In this document: piece by piece, positions 41,340-51,020 of the stretch
Layout: every line of letters starts with the position of its first letter
Numbering within the stretch: the first letter of the stretch is position 1
From: Octopus sinensis
Taxonomy: Eukaryota
Reading direction: 5' to 3'
Length of the DNA stretch: 64,000 bases
Assembly (NCBI RefSeq): GCF_006345805.1
Contig: NC_043014.1
Span: forward strand, 18,848,001 to 18,912,000
Position numbers and translations under genes: made by a program
The notes under the pieces: model-generated
Seen by the model: the letters and a program-made list of their open reading frames with translations, nothing else
Database searches by the model: none
What the model was told of the DNA's origin: nothing

Positions 41340-41820
41340 ATGTAGACGATTATGACCATCACTGGCAATGTGTGCAAAGGTTTAGGGTCAATAAGACTTG
41401 TACAAACTCTCGCAGGCACCCTCCACAGTATTGATGTGATCGAGAGACAAACCAAGCCAAGATATCTCGTCAGAGATTCGGGAAGTTGGAATCACAATCA
41501 AAGATTCCCGGAATGCCCAGTGCAATCCCCCTCGTATACGGTAAGGAGGGATGCTAGGAACCGAACAGGACTAAAAACAAGACCTATCAAGAGGACGAAA
41601 AAACCTTGTGCAGGTTTAACGATAATTTAGCAGTAGAACGGACGCCAATAAATTCCGGATTCTTGTCTGGCGTGCTGGAAGACCAGCGGGAGTTATACAT
41701 ACATACATACATACATACATACATACATACATACATACATTGTTGTCTGAGAATCGAAACCGCGATCCTTCGACCTTCGACCACGAGTCCGCTGCCCTAA
41801 CCACTGGGACATTGCGCCTC
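41340..41820 (-). mobile_element. tRNA-headed SINE (fourth family) split by a (TACA)n array
   Basis: Minus-strand head gaggcgcaatgtcccagtggttagggcagcggactcgtggtcgaagg..cgcggtttcgattctcagac (A/B-box-like) at 41745-41820. The body is presumed to continue below 41695. Confidence 0.55.
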
Positions 41821-42375
41821 TACACATACATGCGTACATACATTCGTACATACATACAAACAAACATACATATGTACGTACAACATACATACATACATAC
41901 GTACGTACGTACGTACAACATACATGCATACACACATATATGCATACGTGCGAACCTACGTAAGCTCGTATGCACATGGACTATAAAAATCTGAAAGATC
42001 TTAAGATTTAAAGGATTATAGTTAAACGAAGACACTTTCTTTCAAAACCTTGCTACCAAGTAGGTACCTCGTTTATCAAGGTTTATTCTCTATTAAAAAG
42101 AGAAGGGGAACATACAAATACACTCATACATATACCATACATACACACAATCTTGCGCTCCTCTAATTTTATCAACGTTCTTTAATTCAGTTATGAAATT
42201 TTATAACTCATTATTTTACTTGTTTCTATGTCAGTCCGGATCTAGTTAACCTTTCCGATAAAATTCTTCAGCCGTAAGCTCTCGTTTTAATCTATTTATG
42301 AGAGTACTATAAAAAGGATGATAATATAAATTTGATATAAATATCGATCCAGTTCGGAAACTTTGATAAAATCGT

Positions 42376-42803
42376 AGGCGAAGACGCGGCTGTTTGGTAA
42401 GAAGCTTGCTTCTCAACCACATGGCTTTGGGCCCAATTCCCTTGCGTGGCACCTTGAGGGAGTGTCAAAGCATTATGAGGGGATCTGTTGGATGAAAACT
42501 GAGAGAAGTCCGTCGTGTATATATATGTGTATGTATGTATGTATGTATGTATGTATGTATGTATGTATGTATGTATGTATGTATGTATGTATGTATGTGT
42601 GAGTGTGTCTGTGTCTGTGTCTGTTTTCGTCCCTCACCAGCACTTAACAACTGCTGTTGGTGTGTTTACATCCCCGTATCTTAGTGGTGTCGCAAAAGAG
42701 ACCGATAGGATAATTACCAGGCTTTAAAAAATAAGTACTGGAGTCGATTCATTCGACTAAAAATTTCTTCATGGCGCTGCCCCAGCATGGCCATAGTCTA
42801 ACG
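42376..42803 (+). mobile_element. SINE family A, older diverged copy
   Basis: aggcgaagacgcggctgtttggtaagaagcttgcttctcaaccacatgg..ccagcatggccatagtctaa. Confidence 0.8.
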
Positions 42804-42812
42804 AATATACGC

Positions 42813-42967
42813 TTTTACTCTTTCACTCTTTTACTTGTTTCAGTCATTTGACTGTGGCCATACTGGAGCACCGCCTTTAGTCTCTTTTGCCGAACTGCTA
42901 AGTTACAGGGACGTGAACACACCAGCATCGGTTGTCAAGAAATGTTGGGGGGGGGGGGCAAACACAG

Positions 42968-43000
<33 letters not shown>

Positions 43001-43168
43001 CATATATACGACGGGCTTCTTTGAGTTTCCGTCTACCAAATCCACTCACAAGGCTTTGGTCGGCCCGAGGCTATAGTAGAAGACACTTGCCCAAGGTGCC
43101 ATGCAGTGGGACTGAACCCGAAACCATGTGGTTCGTAAGCAAGCTACTTACCACACAGCTACTCCTAT
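42813..43168 (-). mobile_element. SINE family A with internal deletion, tail-to-tail with the previous copy
   Basis: ttttacttgtttcagtcatttgactgtggcc..gccttt|agtctcttttgccg..ccaaatccactcacaaggc..ttaccacacagctactcctatgc. Confidence 0.88.
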
Positions 43169-43683
43169 GCTCACATTTTCACCATCTCATCCATGTACTT
43201 GACGCATATTATACCAAGGACAACATTATCTACTCTCTCCTAGCATTTTTGTTTCTAAGACAGTAAAGTGTGATATGTCTGCTATTTCTGGCGGATTAAT
43301 TGACCTCGTAGATGTTTTGTTCACAGTAGATTATATCTTGTTACCGCAAGCTAATATCTACAATCTAGTTATAGTTTACTTATTACATTTTGACAAAATC
43401 TGAAATCTAGTTATATATTGCTTTAATTAGTGTATATTTCATTATATATCGCAATTCCGATATCTAATTATGTATTTTATTACGGTTTTCAATTCTTATT
43501 TCGAGTAATATAACGTTTTATCTCTCCTATATTAAACACTGTATTTGCATCATTTCCGTTATACACGCTGCTATACCCGATCACATCGCTTCTTGTATTC
43601 CCTCCTTTCGCAGTTCATTTTAACTTTATTTTTGTCTCCAGTTTCACTCTTTGTTTTCCATTTTCCATTACTTATGAAAAGAT

Positions 43684-43838
43684 TTCTTCTTCTTCTTCTT
43701 CTTCTTCTTCTTCTTCTTCTTCTTCTTCTTCTTCTCCTTCTTCTTCTTCTTCTTCTTCTTCTTCTTCTTCTTCTTCTTCTTCTTCTTCTTCTTCTTCTTC
43801 TTCTTTCTTCTTCTTCTTCTTCTTCTTCTTCTTCTTCA

Positions 43839-43905
<67 letters not shown>

Positions 43906-43908
43906 GCT
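43684..43908. repeat. (CTT)n followed by (ACT)n microsatellite
   Basis: Directly visible; about 155 bp of nearly pure pyrimidine on the + strand. Confidence 0.98.
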
Positions 43909-44355
43909 AGCGTCTTTTCATCTTCTTGTTCTTTTCTTCCCATGGTGTATGACTGTATGTGTGTCTGTAGTAAATAGCAAGCATTTCTCTGTACAAGATA
44001 AGTGTATACGCATTTACCTGATGCCTCAATATCTTACCCGACACTCAGTTGCTGTAATCATTTGCTAAAACCATAAGCACGGCGTGTCTTTGTATTTCCA
44101 TGTCAGACTGGAATCTGTCACGCTAATACTACTGATATGTCTGAAAGAGGAATGAGACAGTTTAAATTTAGCGAAAGCTACGCACCTTTGCGATAGCTCT
44201 TTATTCATTATTTATTACTCGCTAAATTTCTTCAGACAGAGACATATACGCGCACAAATGCGGGGGCATGCACACATACTCTCATATATATATATATATA
44301 TATTTATTTTATAGAAGGAGCTTCTACAGGACTAGAACTGTTTCATATATATATA

Positions 44356-44439
<84 letters not shown>

Positions 44440-44650
44440 GTAAAAAAATACAAACTGGGACAAGAACGTGAAACATTTAGAAGACGATACAAAAAACACG
44501 GACGGGACATTCGAAGCCGTCAATCTTCAGTCAAGAACCGGATCATCTTCGCAATTTCGGCTGATTAATCTTGATGATTGCTCCGATTTGGCCAGCCCCA
44601 AAGGAAAATCTAAGCCAAGACACGACAGAAGAAAGTGGATACCCTTATAA
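44440..44650. repeat. Interspersed repeat family E (second copy at about 51020-51420)
   Basis: tgggacaagaacg..gcaatttcggctg..tggccagccccaaaggaaaa shared by both loci. Confidence 0.7.
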
Positions 44651-44719
44651 CCGTTCAAATTTATTTAAATCTGAAATTATACATTCAAATCTTTTACTAA
44701 TTGTTAAAATGTGAATATT

Positions 44720-45420
44720 CAATTTTTAGTAGACATGCCCTTTGCATTTTTCAATGCAAGGAACCTATTGGGTATTGTTAATGGTCAGATGACATATATT
44801 CTCTTGGGGAATTTCTTACCAAGTTTCATTCAGTAATCTAAAAAGATCTGGCTCCAAAGATATTTTCTTGTTCTTTTTATGAAGTGTCCTATCCATTACG
44901 TCCCAGAGGTGTTTAATAGGGTTTATATCTGGTGACTGGCTTGTCCATGGAAACTTTACTTTTTAATGCCTTTCTCATCCAAAAAGCTTTCGGTCATTTT
45001 AGCCGTGTGACAAGGAGGTCCATCTTCCATAAATAAAGAGTCTTCATTAATCATTTCATCATTGGAGAAGATTGAAAGGAGTCCTTTCTGCAATATGGAC
45101 ATATAGTTTCTGAGTTTATGTTTTCCTCACACTCCATCAGCTCTGATCAACCATTGCTCCAAATTGCAGCTCAGATCATCACAGAATAGCTGCCATTTTT
45201 TCATTGTTGACTGCAATCTTTTCACCTCAAAATCTTGATCACCTGGGCGAGGTGATGTGGACTTCTTCCCTCTCTGAATTGTACAATCACTGTATTAACT
45301 GTTGCAGAAAGCTGGATCCCTAAGTTTTCTGTGATTTTACACTGTGTCTACCTTCAGACTGACCCACAATATGGCCTCTTTGAAATTCAGATTCGAGGTT
45401 TCTTTTGTACATCGTATGAT
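44720..45420 (-). mobile_element. Tc1 (DD34E-type) transposase remnant, internally deleted
   Basis: Minus-strand segments MYKRNLESEFQRGHIVGQSEG (N-terminal HTH region), FMEDGPPCHTAKMT and WTSQSPDINPIKHLWDVMDR, with frameshifts. Confidence 0.8.
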
Positions 45421-45434
45421 AAAGCAGTCACAGA

Positions 45435-45804
45435 TACAGGGTGATTCAAAAGTCTCCATAGAAAGGAAAAAACAAATTGTAAGAAGCTGTTTATAAAATA
45501 CTTTAGATCCTCTGATCTGACCCCTCTTGATTTCTATCTTTGGAGGCATTTGAAAGGCATGGTGTATCGCGGAAAGATAAAAGACATTAATCATTTAAAG
45601 GAACGCATCACCAACTCATTTGCACACGTATCACCAGATATGCTATTACGAGTTCACAATGAGTGGAGTAAATTTATTGCAATGTGTATTCAAAACAATG
45701 GTAACCATATAGAGCCCGTTAAATAAAAAAAACTGGTCTTATAAACTGTTTCTTATAAAAAGATGAATTGTTCCTATGTATGGCAACTTTTGAATCAGCC
45801 CGTA
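45435..45804 (+). mobile_element. Internally deleted mariner-like element (DD37D/DD41D-type C-terminus) with both TIRs and TA TSD
   Basis: TA-CAGGGTGATTCAAAAGTCTCCATA at the left; the right end reverse complement is CGGGCTGATTCAAAAGTTGCCATA, followed by TA at 45803-45804. Encodes RSSDLTPLDFYLWRHLKGMVY..HLKERIT..MCIQNNGNHIE. Confidence 0.88.
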
Positions 45805-45930
45805 AAACCTGAAACATAAAAATGTCAATTGATAAAAAATATAAACTTCTACAAGTTAGGATAAACCGAAAACTATGTTTTATGGGTTGTCTATTGACTT
45901 CTGTCATATCTGTATATATGTATATATGTA

Positions 45931-46011
<81 letters not shown>

Positions 46012-46050
46012 ATATGTACATATATATATGGATGTATATATGCATATATA

Positions 46051-46918
46051 TTAGAAGGTTTGGAGGTGATGTGCAGATATATATTAGAAGAAAAAATAAG
46101 ATATTCAGAGATCTGGATGGTTGTGCATATACAAATAATTTATTATCATGTCATGTTTTTACAAATCACATATTTTCATCTACTCTAATAGATTCTTCAG
46201 ATTTAAATTGTGTGAAGGGATTTGTCTATTTTTATAGTATTAGTGAATGGGTTGTGTGGAGAAAGAAGATTCAAGATCTTTCCCTTCTATAAATGCCCAA
46301 GGAATTACACCTTCAGAAAAAATACGGAGCAAAAACTTCATAGCAAAATTCTCCCCCAAACTGAATGGATGAAAATATGAAAATCACATCAATTTCCTTA
46401 TAAACACTTTTGGAACTCTAAGATATATGCATATCTGTGTGTATGTTTGTATGTACATACATAAACAGAGACATTCTTACATCTGATTTTCCAACCCATA
46501 TCGGCATGGGAATCAAACACTGAACAATGATGATGAGGATAATGAGTCCAGACAATTTTTTTGAAAAATAATTTTCATTATTCCTCATCAAAACAAACCC
46601 CCGCTGAGAGTAACCACCTGGTCTTGCTATTTTCACAGACCAAGTATCAAATTGCCATCTTCTATTGAAAGAACTGACCAACTGTATAGATATAAACAGA
46701 TTTTTCTTCCTTCTTTCTCCCTTCCTTTCTTTCCTTCTACTTACCATTGAAAAAATACATTTTTTCTCTTTGAAAACATTCTTTTTTCAGACCCCCTTGT
46801 GAGCTGGCTGAACCAAAGTAAGCATCTGTCCCAGACACCTACTTAAAAATATTCTTTTTCTTTATCTCTTGTTCAAAACACTTCCTTTCAGATACATAGG
46901 CACACACACACACACACA

Positions 46919-46952
<34 letters not shown>

Positions 46953-47232
46953 AGCACACACACACAAACTCTCTCACTTTCTCCCTCTACTATCTCTCCA
47001 TTCCTCTCCCTCTTTTCCTACCCTTTACACTCCACATTACTCTTCATTTTCCCCTCTCTCTCCACCCCAATCCATTCAATAGTACTATAAAAAGACACAA
47101 ATCCCTTCACACAATTTCAGCGTGAAGAATATATTAGAGTACATGAAAATATGTGGTTTGTAAAAACACATGTTAATAAATGTTTGTATATTCACAACCA
47201 TCCAGATCTCAATACCGTAATTTTTTCTTATA
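46051..47232 (+). mobile_element. 5'-truncated PLE with inverted terminal-repeat copy at the truncation point
   Basis: EN C-terminus RFKIFPFYKCPRN..FIAKFSPKLNG* at 46267-46372 (one frameshift). 46051-46263 is the reverse complement of 47058-47232. TA runs on both flanks. Confidence 0.78.
46163..46204 (-). ncRNA. Degenerate hammerhead-like motif in the inverted terminal repeat
   Basis: AAAT CTGAAGA ATCTA-ttagag-TAGAT GAAA ATATG TG ATTT. Core and stems I and II are intact, but C15.2 is absent and the triplet is GUG, so it is probably inactive. Confidence 0.5.
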
Positions 47233-47317
47233 TATATATACACGTTCATTATATATAAAAACATTCATTTATATATTATATATATATATATATATATAAA
47301 TATTATAAATATATATA

Positions 47318-47394
<77 letters not shown>

Positions 47395-47484
47395 TAAGGA
47401 AAAACTTTTTTAAAAATGCAGAATGCTCAAATGAAAGAAAATTTTAATAAAATGAGAAAATGATAAAATATATAAATATATATT

Positions 47485-47525
47485 TATTCAACCGGTTTTC
47501 GTCATTGTATGACTTGTCAAGAATA
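47485..47525 (-). ncRNA. Hammerhead-like motif, U3-A8 variant (3' terminal-repeat copy)
   Basis: Exact reverse complement of 48619-48659. Confidence 0.55.
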
Positions 47526-48618
47526 TTTATGTTTTAAGAAGTTTTTTTAAAAATTAGAAAGGGGAAAAAGAAAATTGCATTGTTTTTTGTGTAAAAGAAT
47601 AATGATAAAAATGTACAAAAATTAAGAAATAAGTTCTCCGATACATTGTGAGTTCGTTGTGTATCTTGAGTTTTATGGTTGTTTACCAAAAAATTACCTT
47701 GAGGTGTTCAGATCCAAAGGGATTAAGAGCAGTGATGTGTTGTGTTGTTAAATTCAGCATGTTGCAGGACAGGAAGTAGTAGTAATTGTGGTCCTGGTTC
47801 TTCAGTTCCTGTGTTGTGAGTAAGGGGAGAACTCTTTTGAGTTCTTCAATAAAACCCAAATTATAAAACTATCATTTTAGCTTCATTTGCATTATCTTTT
47901 TTATATAATTGCTTGTTAACTTAACTTTCAGATTTTAACACTTTATTTATATTATTTTCTAATAATATAAATCTGCATAGACAATTGCATTTCAAATTGT
48001 CATATCATTTATAATAAAAATGATAGTAATAACAACAATAGTAAAAATGATATTTAAAGAATATAAGTTTTAGCTTGAAGTGATGAATGCATGGTATCTT
48101 TATATTTTGTGTTAGTCCATCCATGAAGAGTGAGGTAGAGAAAGGAAGTTTGATCAACGAGGAGTTTGCATATTAAGTTGTGTTTGGAATTTTTCAATAA
48201 AGAGATTCTCCTTGTTAATTCTCTCCTGTGTGGTGATCCCGTCTTTACATTGGTAGTAGGGGAATATATAGAATTTGGGGTTTAAGTCTTTAGCACATGA
48301 GTCTAAGTGGTCACTCAGTGGAATTGTTCGGTATTCCGGAGGTTTTTTGTTCTTTATGCACCGTTACTCGTTTACGTAACGGGAGACTCGTTTGTCCAAC
48401 ATAATTATGTTGGCAACCAGCGCATGTGAGAACGTAGATAAGGTTCTCGGAGGAACAGGAAACAACCATAAAACTCAAGATACACAACGAACTCACAATG
48501 TATCGGAGAACTTATTTTTTAATTTTTGTACATTTTTATCATTATTCTTTTACAAAAAAACAATGCAATTTTCTTTTTTCCCCTTTCAAATTTTTAAAAA
48601 AACTTCTTAAAACATAAA

Positions 48619-48659
48619 TATTCTTGACAAGTCATACAATGACGAAAACCGGTTGAATA
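48619..48659 (+). ncRNA. Hammerhead-like motif, U3-A8 variant (inverted copy)
   Basis: TATTC [I] TTGACAA [core] GTCAT-aca-ATGAC [II] GAAAA C-CG-G TT [palindromic AACCGGTT; one extra A] GAATA [I]. Confidence 0.55.
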
Positions 48660-48798
48660 AATATATATTTATATATTTTATCATTTTCTCATTTTATTAA
48701 AATTTTCTTTCATTTGAGCATTCTGCATTTTTAAAAAAATTTCCTATTATCATTTCTCCACGTCGGTACCATATGATCTATATATATATATATATATA

Positions 48799-48966
48799 GG
48801 CGCAGGAGTGGAGTGTGGTAAGTAGCTTGCTAACCAACCACATGGTTGCGGGTTCAGTCCCACTGCGTGGCATCATGGGCAAGTGTCTTCTGCTATACCC
48901 CGGGCCGACCAATGCCTTGTGAGTGGATTTGGTAGACGGAACTGAAAGAAGCCTGTCGTATATATG

Positions 48967-49020
<54 letters not shown>

Positions 49021-49233
49021 GGTGTTTGTGTGTCTGTGTTTGTCCCCCTAGCATTGCTTGACAACCGATGCTGGTGTGTCTACGTCCCCGCCACTTAGCG
49101 GTTCGGCAAAAAGAGACGATAGAATAAGTACTGGGCTTACAAAGAATAAGTTCCGAGGTCGATTTGATCGACTAAAGGCGGTGCTCCAGCATGGCCGCAG
49201 TCAAATGACTGAAACAAGTAAAAGAGTAAAGAG
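48799..49233 (+). mobile_element. SINE family A, full-length reference copy
   Basis: Head ggcgcaggagtggagtgtggtaag..gggttcagtccc (A/B-box-like), internal TA/CA linker, tail tgactgaaacaagtaaaagagtaaagag. TA runs on both sides. Confidence 0.92.
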
Positions 49234-49338
49234 TATATATATATCTATATATATATATATATAGATATATATTATATATATATATACACAAATAAATGAA
49301 AGAATGGAGTTGAACGACGATTTAACAAAATTCCTTTA

Positions 49339-49421
49339 TTCTCGACATATGTTTCGAAGGCTGCATATTCCTAATTTCGAAGGAATAAGGGGTGCATTAT
49401 GCCGCCTTCTCATCAGGAAAA
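49339..49421 (-). ncRNA. Type-I hammerhead ribozyme motif with canonical core and extended stem II
   Basis: Minus strand: TTTTC [I] CTGATGA GAAGGC-(42 nt containing a TATTCCT/AGGAATA hairpin)-GCCTTC GAAAC-ATAT-GTC GAGAA [I, one G.U pair]. Confidence 0.8.
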
Positions 49422-49723
49422 ACAAGGAACTTATGTCAGCATCAAGATGAACAAAAACTCTTAGATGACTGCCCACACGGAGCCCATAGCGATAATGAGT
49501 GTTTCTTTAAAATATTCCGTTATAAGCAGTGACGTCAAAAATGGTTGAATGTAGAAGATTCCAGAAAGTTCAAGGGTTAAAAAAAAAACACACAAATTTC
49601 CACACGAAAGCACGTGATCTCTGCCCTTGGCATGTAGCTTCAACCGTGTTTTTCTGACGTGAATTTGCTACCCAGGTATCGGTTAACCGAATTATCCATA
49701 CTAAGATAATTCATTCAACTACT

Positions 49724-49775
<52 letters not shown>

Positions 49776-49851
49776 TTCCTGAGCGTCCATAATACTTATT
49801 TGTTCCACTCCTCGCGTTGTTGTGTTTTTTTGTGTTTTCTTGTTTGGATTA

Positions 49852-49905
<54 letters not shown>

Positions 49906-50289
49906 TCCTATAAGGTTGTGAGTAAATAGAATGGAATAAGTAGTTACGTACCACAGGTTTCGCAAGAATCAATTACGGCATATTATGTAACTTTGAGAAG
50001 CTACACAAGTGTTCAGTGTTCCTTTCCTTCGGCTACTGTTCTACCATTATCTTATAAGCCCATTGATCGATTAGCATCTACGGTATGTTATCTATAGAAG
50101 CCTTACTTATGCTTGAGCTTAGTCAATTGCCTGTATCACAATTATATTGGGTCTCTCAGTGTAATTATGACATATACCATATCATCGTCGTTGGCATTAA
50201 TTCTAGTCCGAGTATCAAATCTATAGCAAGTATTAAATCTTCATCTTGATGGATGTGGAGGATACCGGTGCCTGAGACGGCTGTCTAAG

Positions 50290-50685
50290 CTAAGGGCAGT
50301 ATAGAAGAGCCGGGCGTATTTATCGCAGGTTAGGGTTGGCAGAAGAAGAAGTGCAAGTCATTCTTTGCATCTTCGACATTTTATTTCTGCATTTCGATGT
50401 CTGTTATTTTCCAATAGGTCTGTTCCCTCGACGACATGACGCCACTTTAAGCGGTCCTTGGCGGTTGTATCCCCGGTATTCGGATCAATAAAGCAGCGGA
50501 AGAATGTGGCTTTTGCTAGTCTCGGAAACGGAATTTTGGGAAGACCAACACCACAAAAAGTTATTGACGCGTTTGAGGCATACGTATGATGTTACCCACT
50601 AGCGAAGGCGGTGTCGTACCATGGTAGCTTCAATACTGAGCAGTATGGCTCGGAGCAGAACCTCTTCATTTGTAATATGATAAGC
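50290..50685 (-). mobile_element. RTE-clade LINE 3' fragment
   Basis: HITNEEVLLRAILLSIEATMVRHRLR*W.GNIIRMPQTR..TAKDRLKWRHVVEG..RRCKE matches RTE ORF C-terminal motifs. Confidence 0.75.
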
Positions 50686-50702
50686 ATATATACACAAATG
50701 TG

Positions 50703-50752
<50 letters not shown>

Positions 50753-50805
50753 CTCCTTTGCAAATACCATAAGCGCACTGATAGTGTGCCTAAAGCCACC
50801 TGGAG

Positions 50806-50906
50806 ATGATGATCTCCTGGGGCTAAAAGCTACAGTAACACCCACCCTTTGTGGTTAGCCATATTGAGATGGCTATTATACTTTATATATATATATATAT
50901 ATATAT

Positions 50907-50945
<39 letters not shown>

Positions 50946-51020
50946 TATAATAGCCATCTCAATATGGCTAACCACAAAGGGTGGGTGTTACTGTAGCTTT
51001 TAGCCCCAGGAGATCATCAT
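50806..51020. repeat. Perfect 78-bp inverted duplication centred on a (TA)n run
   Basis: 50806-50883 is the exact reverse complement of 50943-51020. The sequence is a diverged copy of the arm of the 28332-28711 element. Confidence 0.95.

Larger units (their letters stand above)
47398..48745 (-). mobile_element. 5'-truncated PLE (GIY-YIG on minus strand, 48154-48457) with inverted terminal-repeat copy
   Basis: CSSENLIYVLTCAGCQHNYVGQTSLPLRKRVTVHKEQ, then after a frameshift EYRTIPLSDHLDSCAK..FYIFPYYQCKD..KENLFIEKFQTQLN. 47398-47684 and 48460-48745 are reverse complements. Confidence 0.9.

Noticed and set aside
44490-44535. Minus-strand CTGAAGA..GAA..GTC in family E
   Set aside because: It has GAAT rather than GAAA and no stem I complementarity.
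24394-49233. tRNA-like segments at SINE heads (about 24670-24728, 41745-41820, 48799-48865)
   Set aside because: There is no complete cloverleaf or acceptor stem, and each runs into a multi-copy SINE body. Called SINEs, not tRNA genes.
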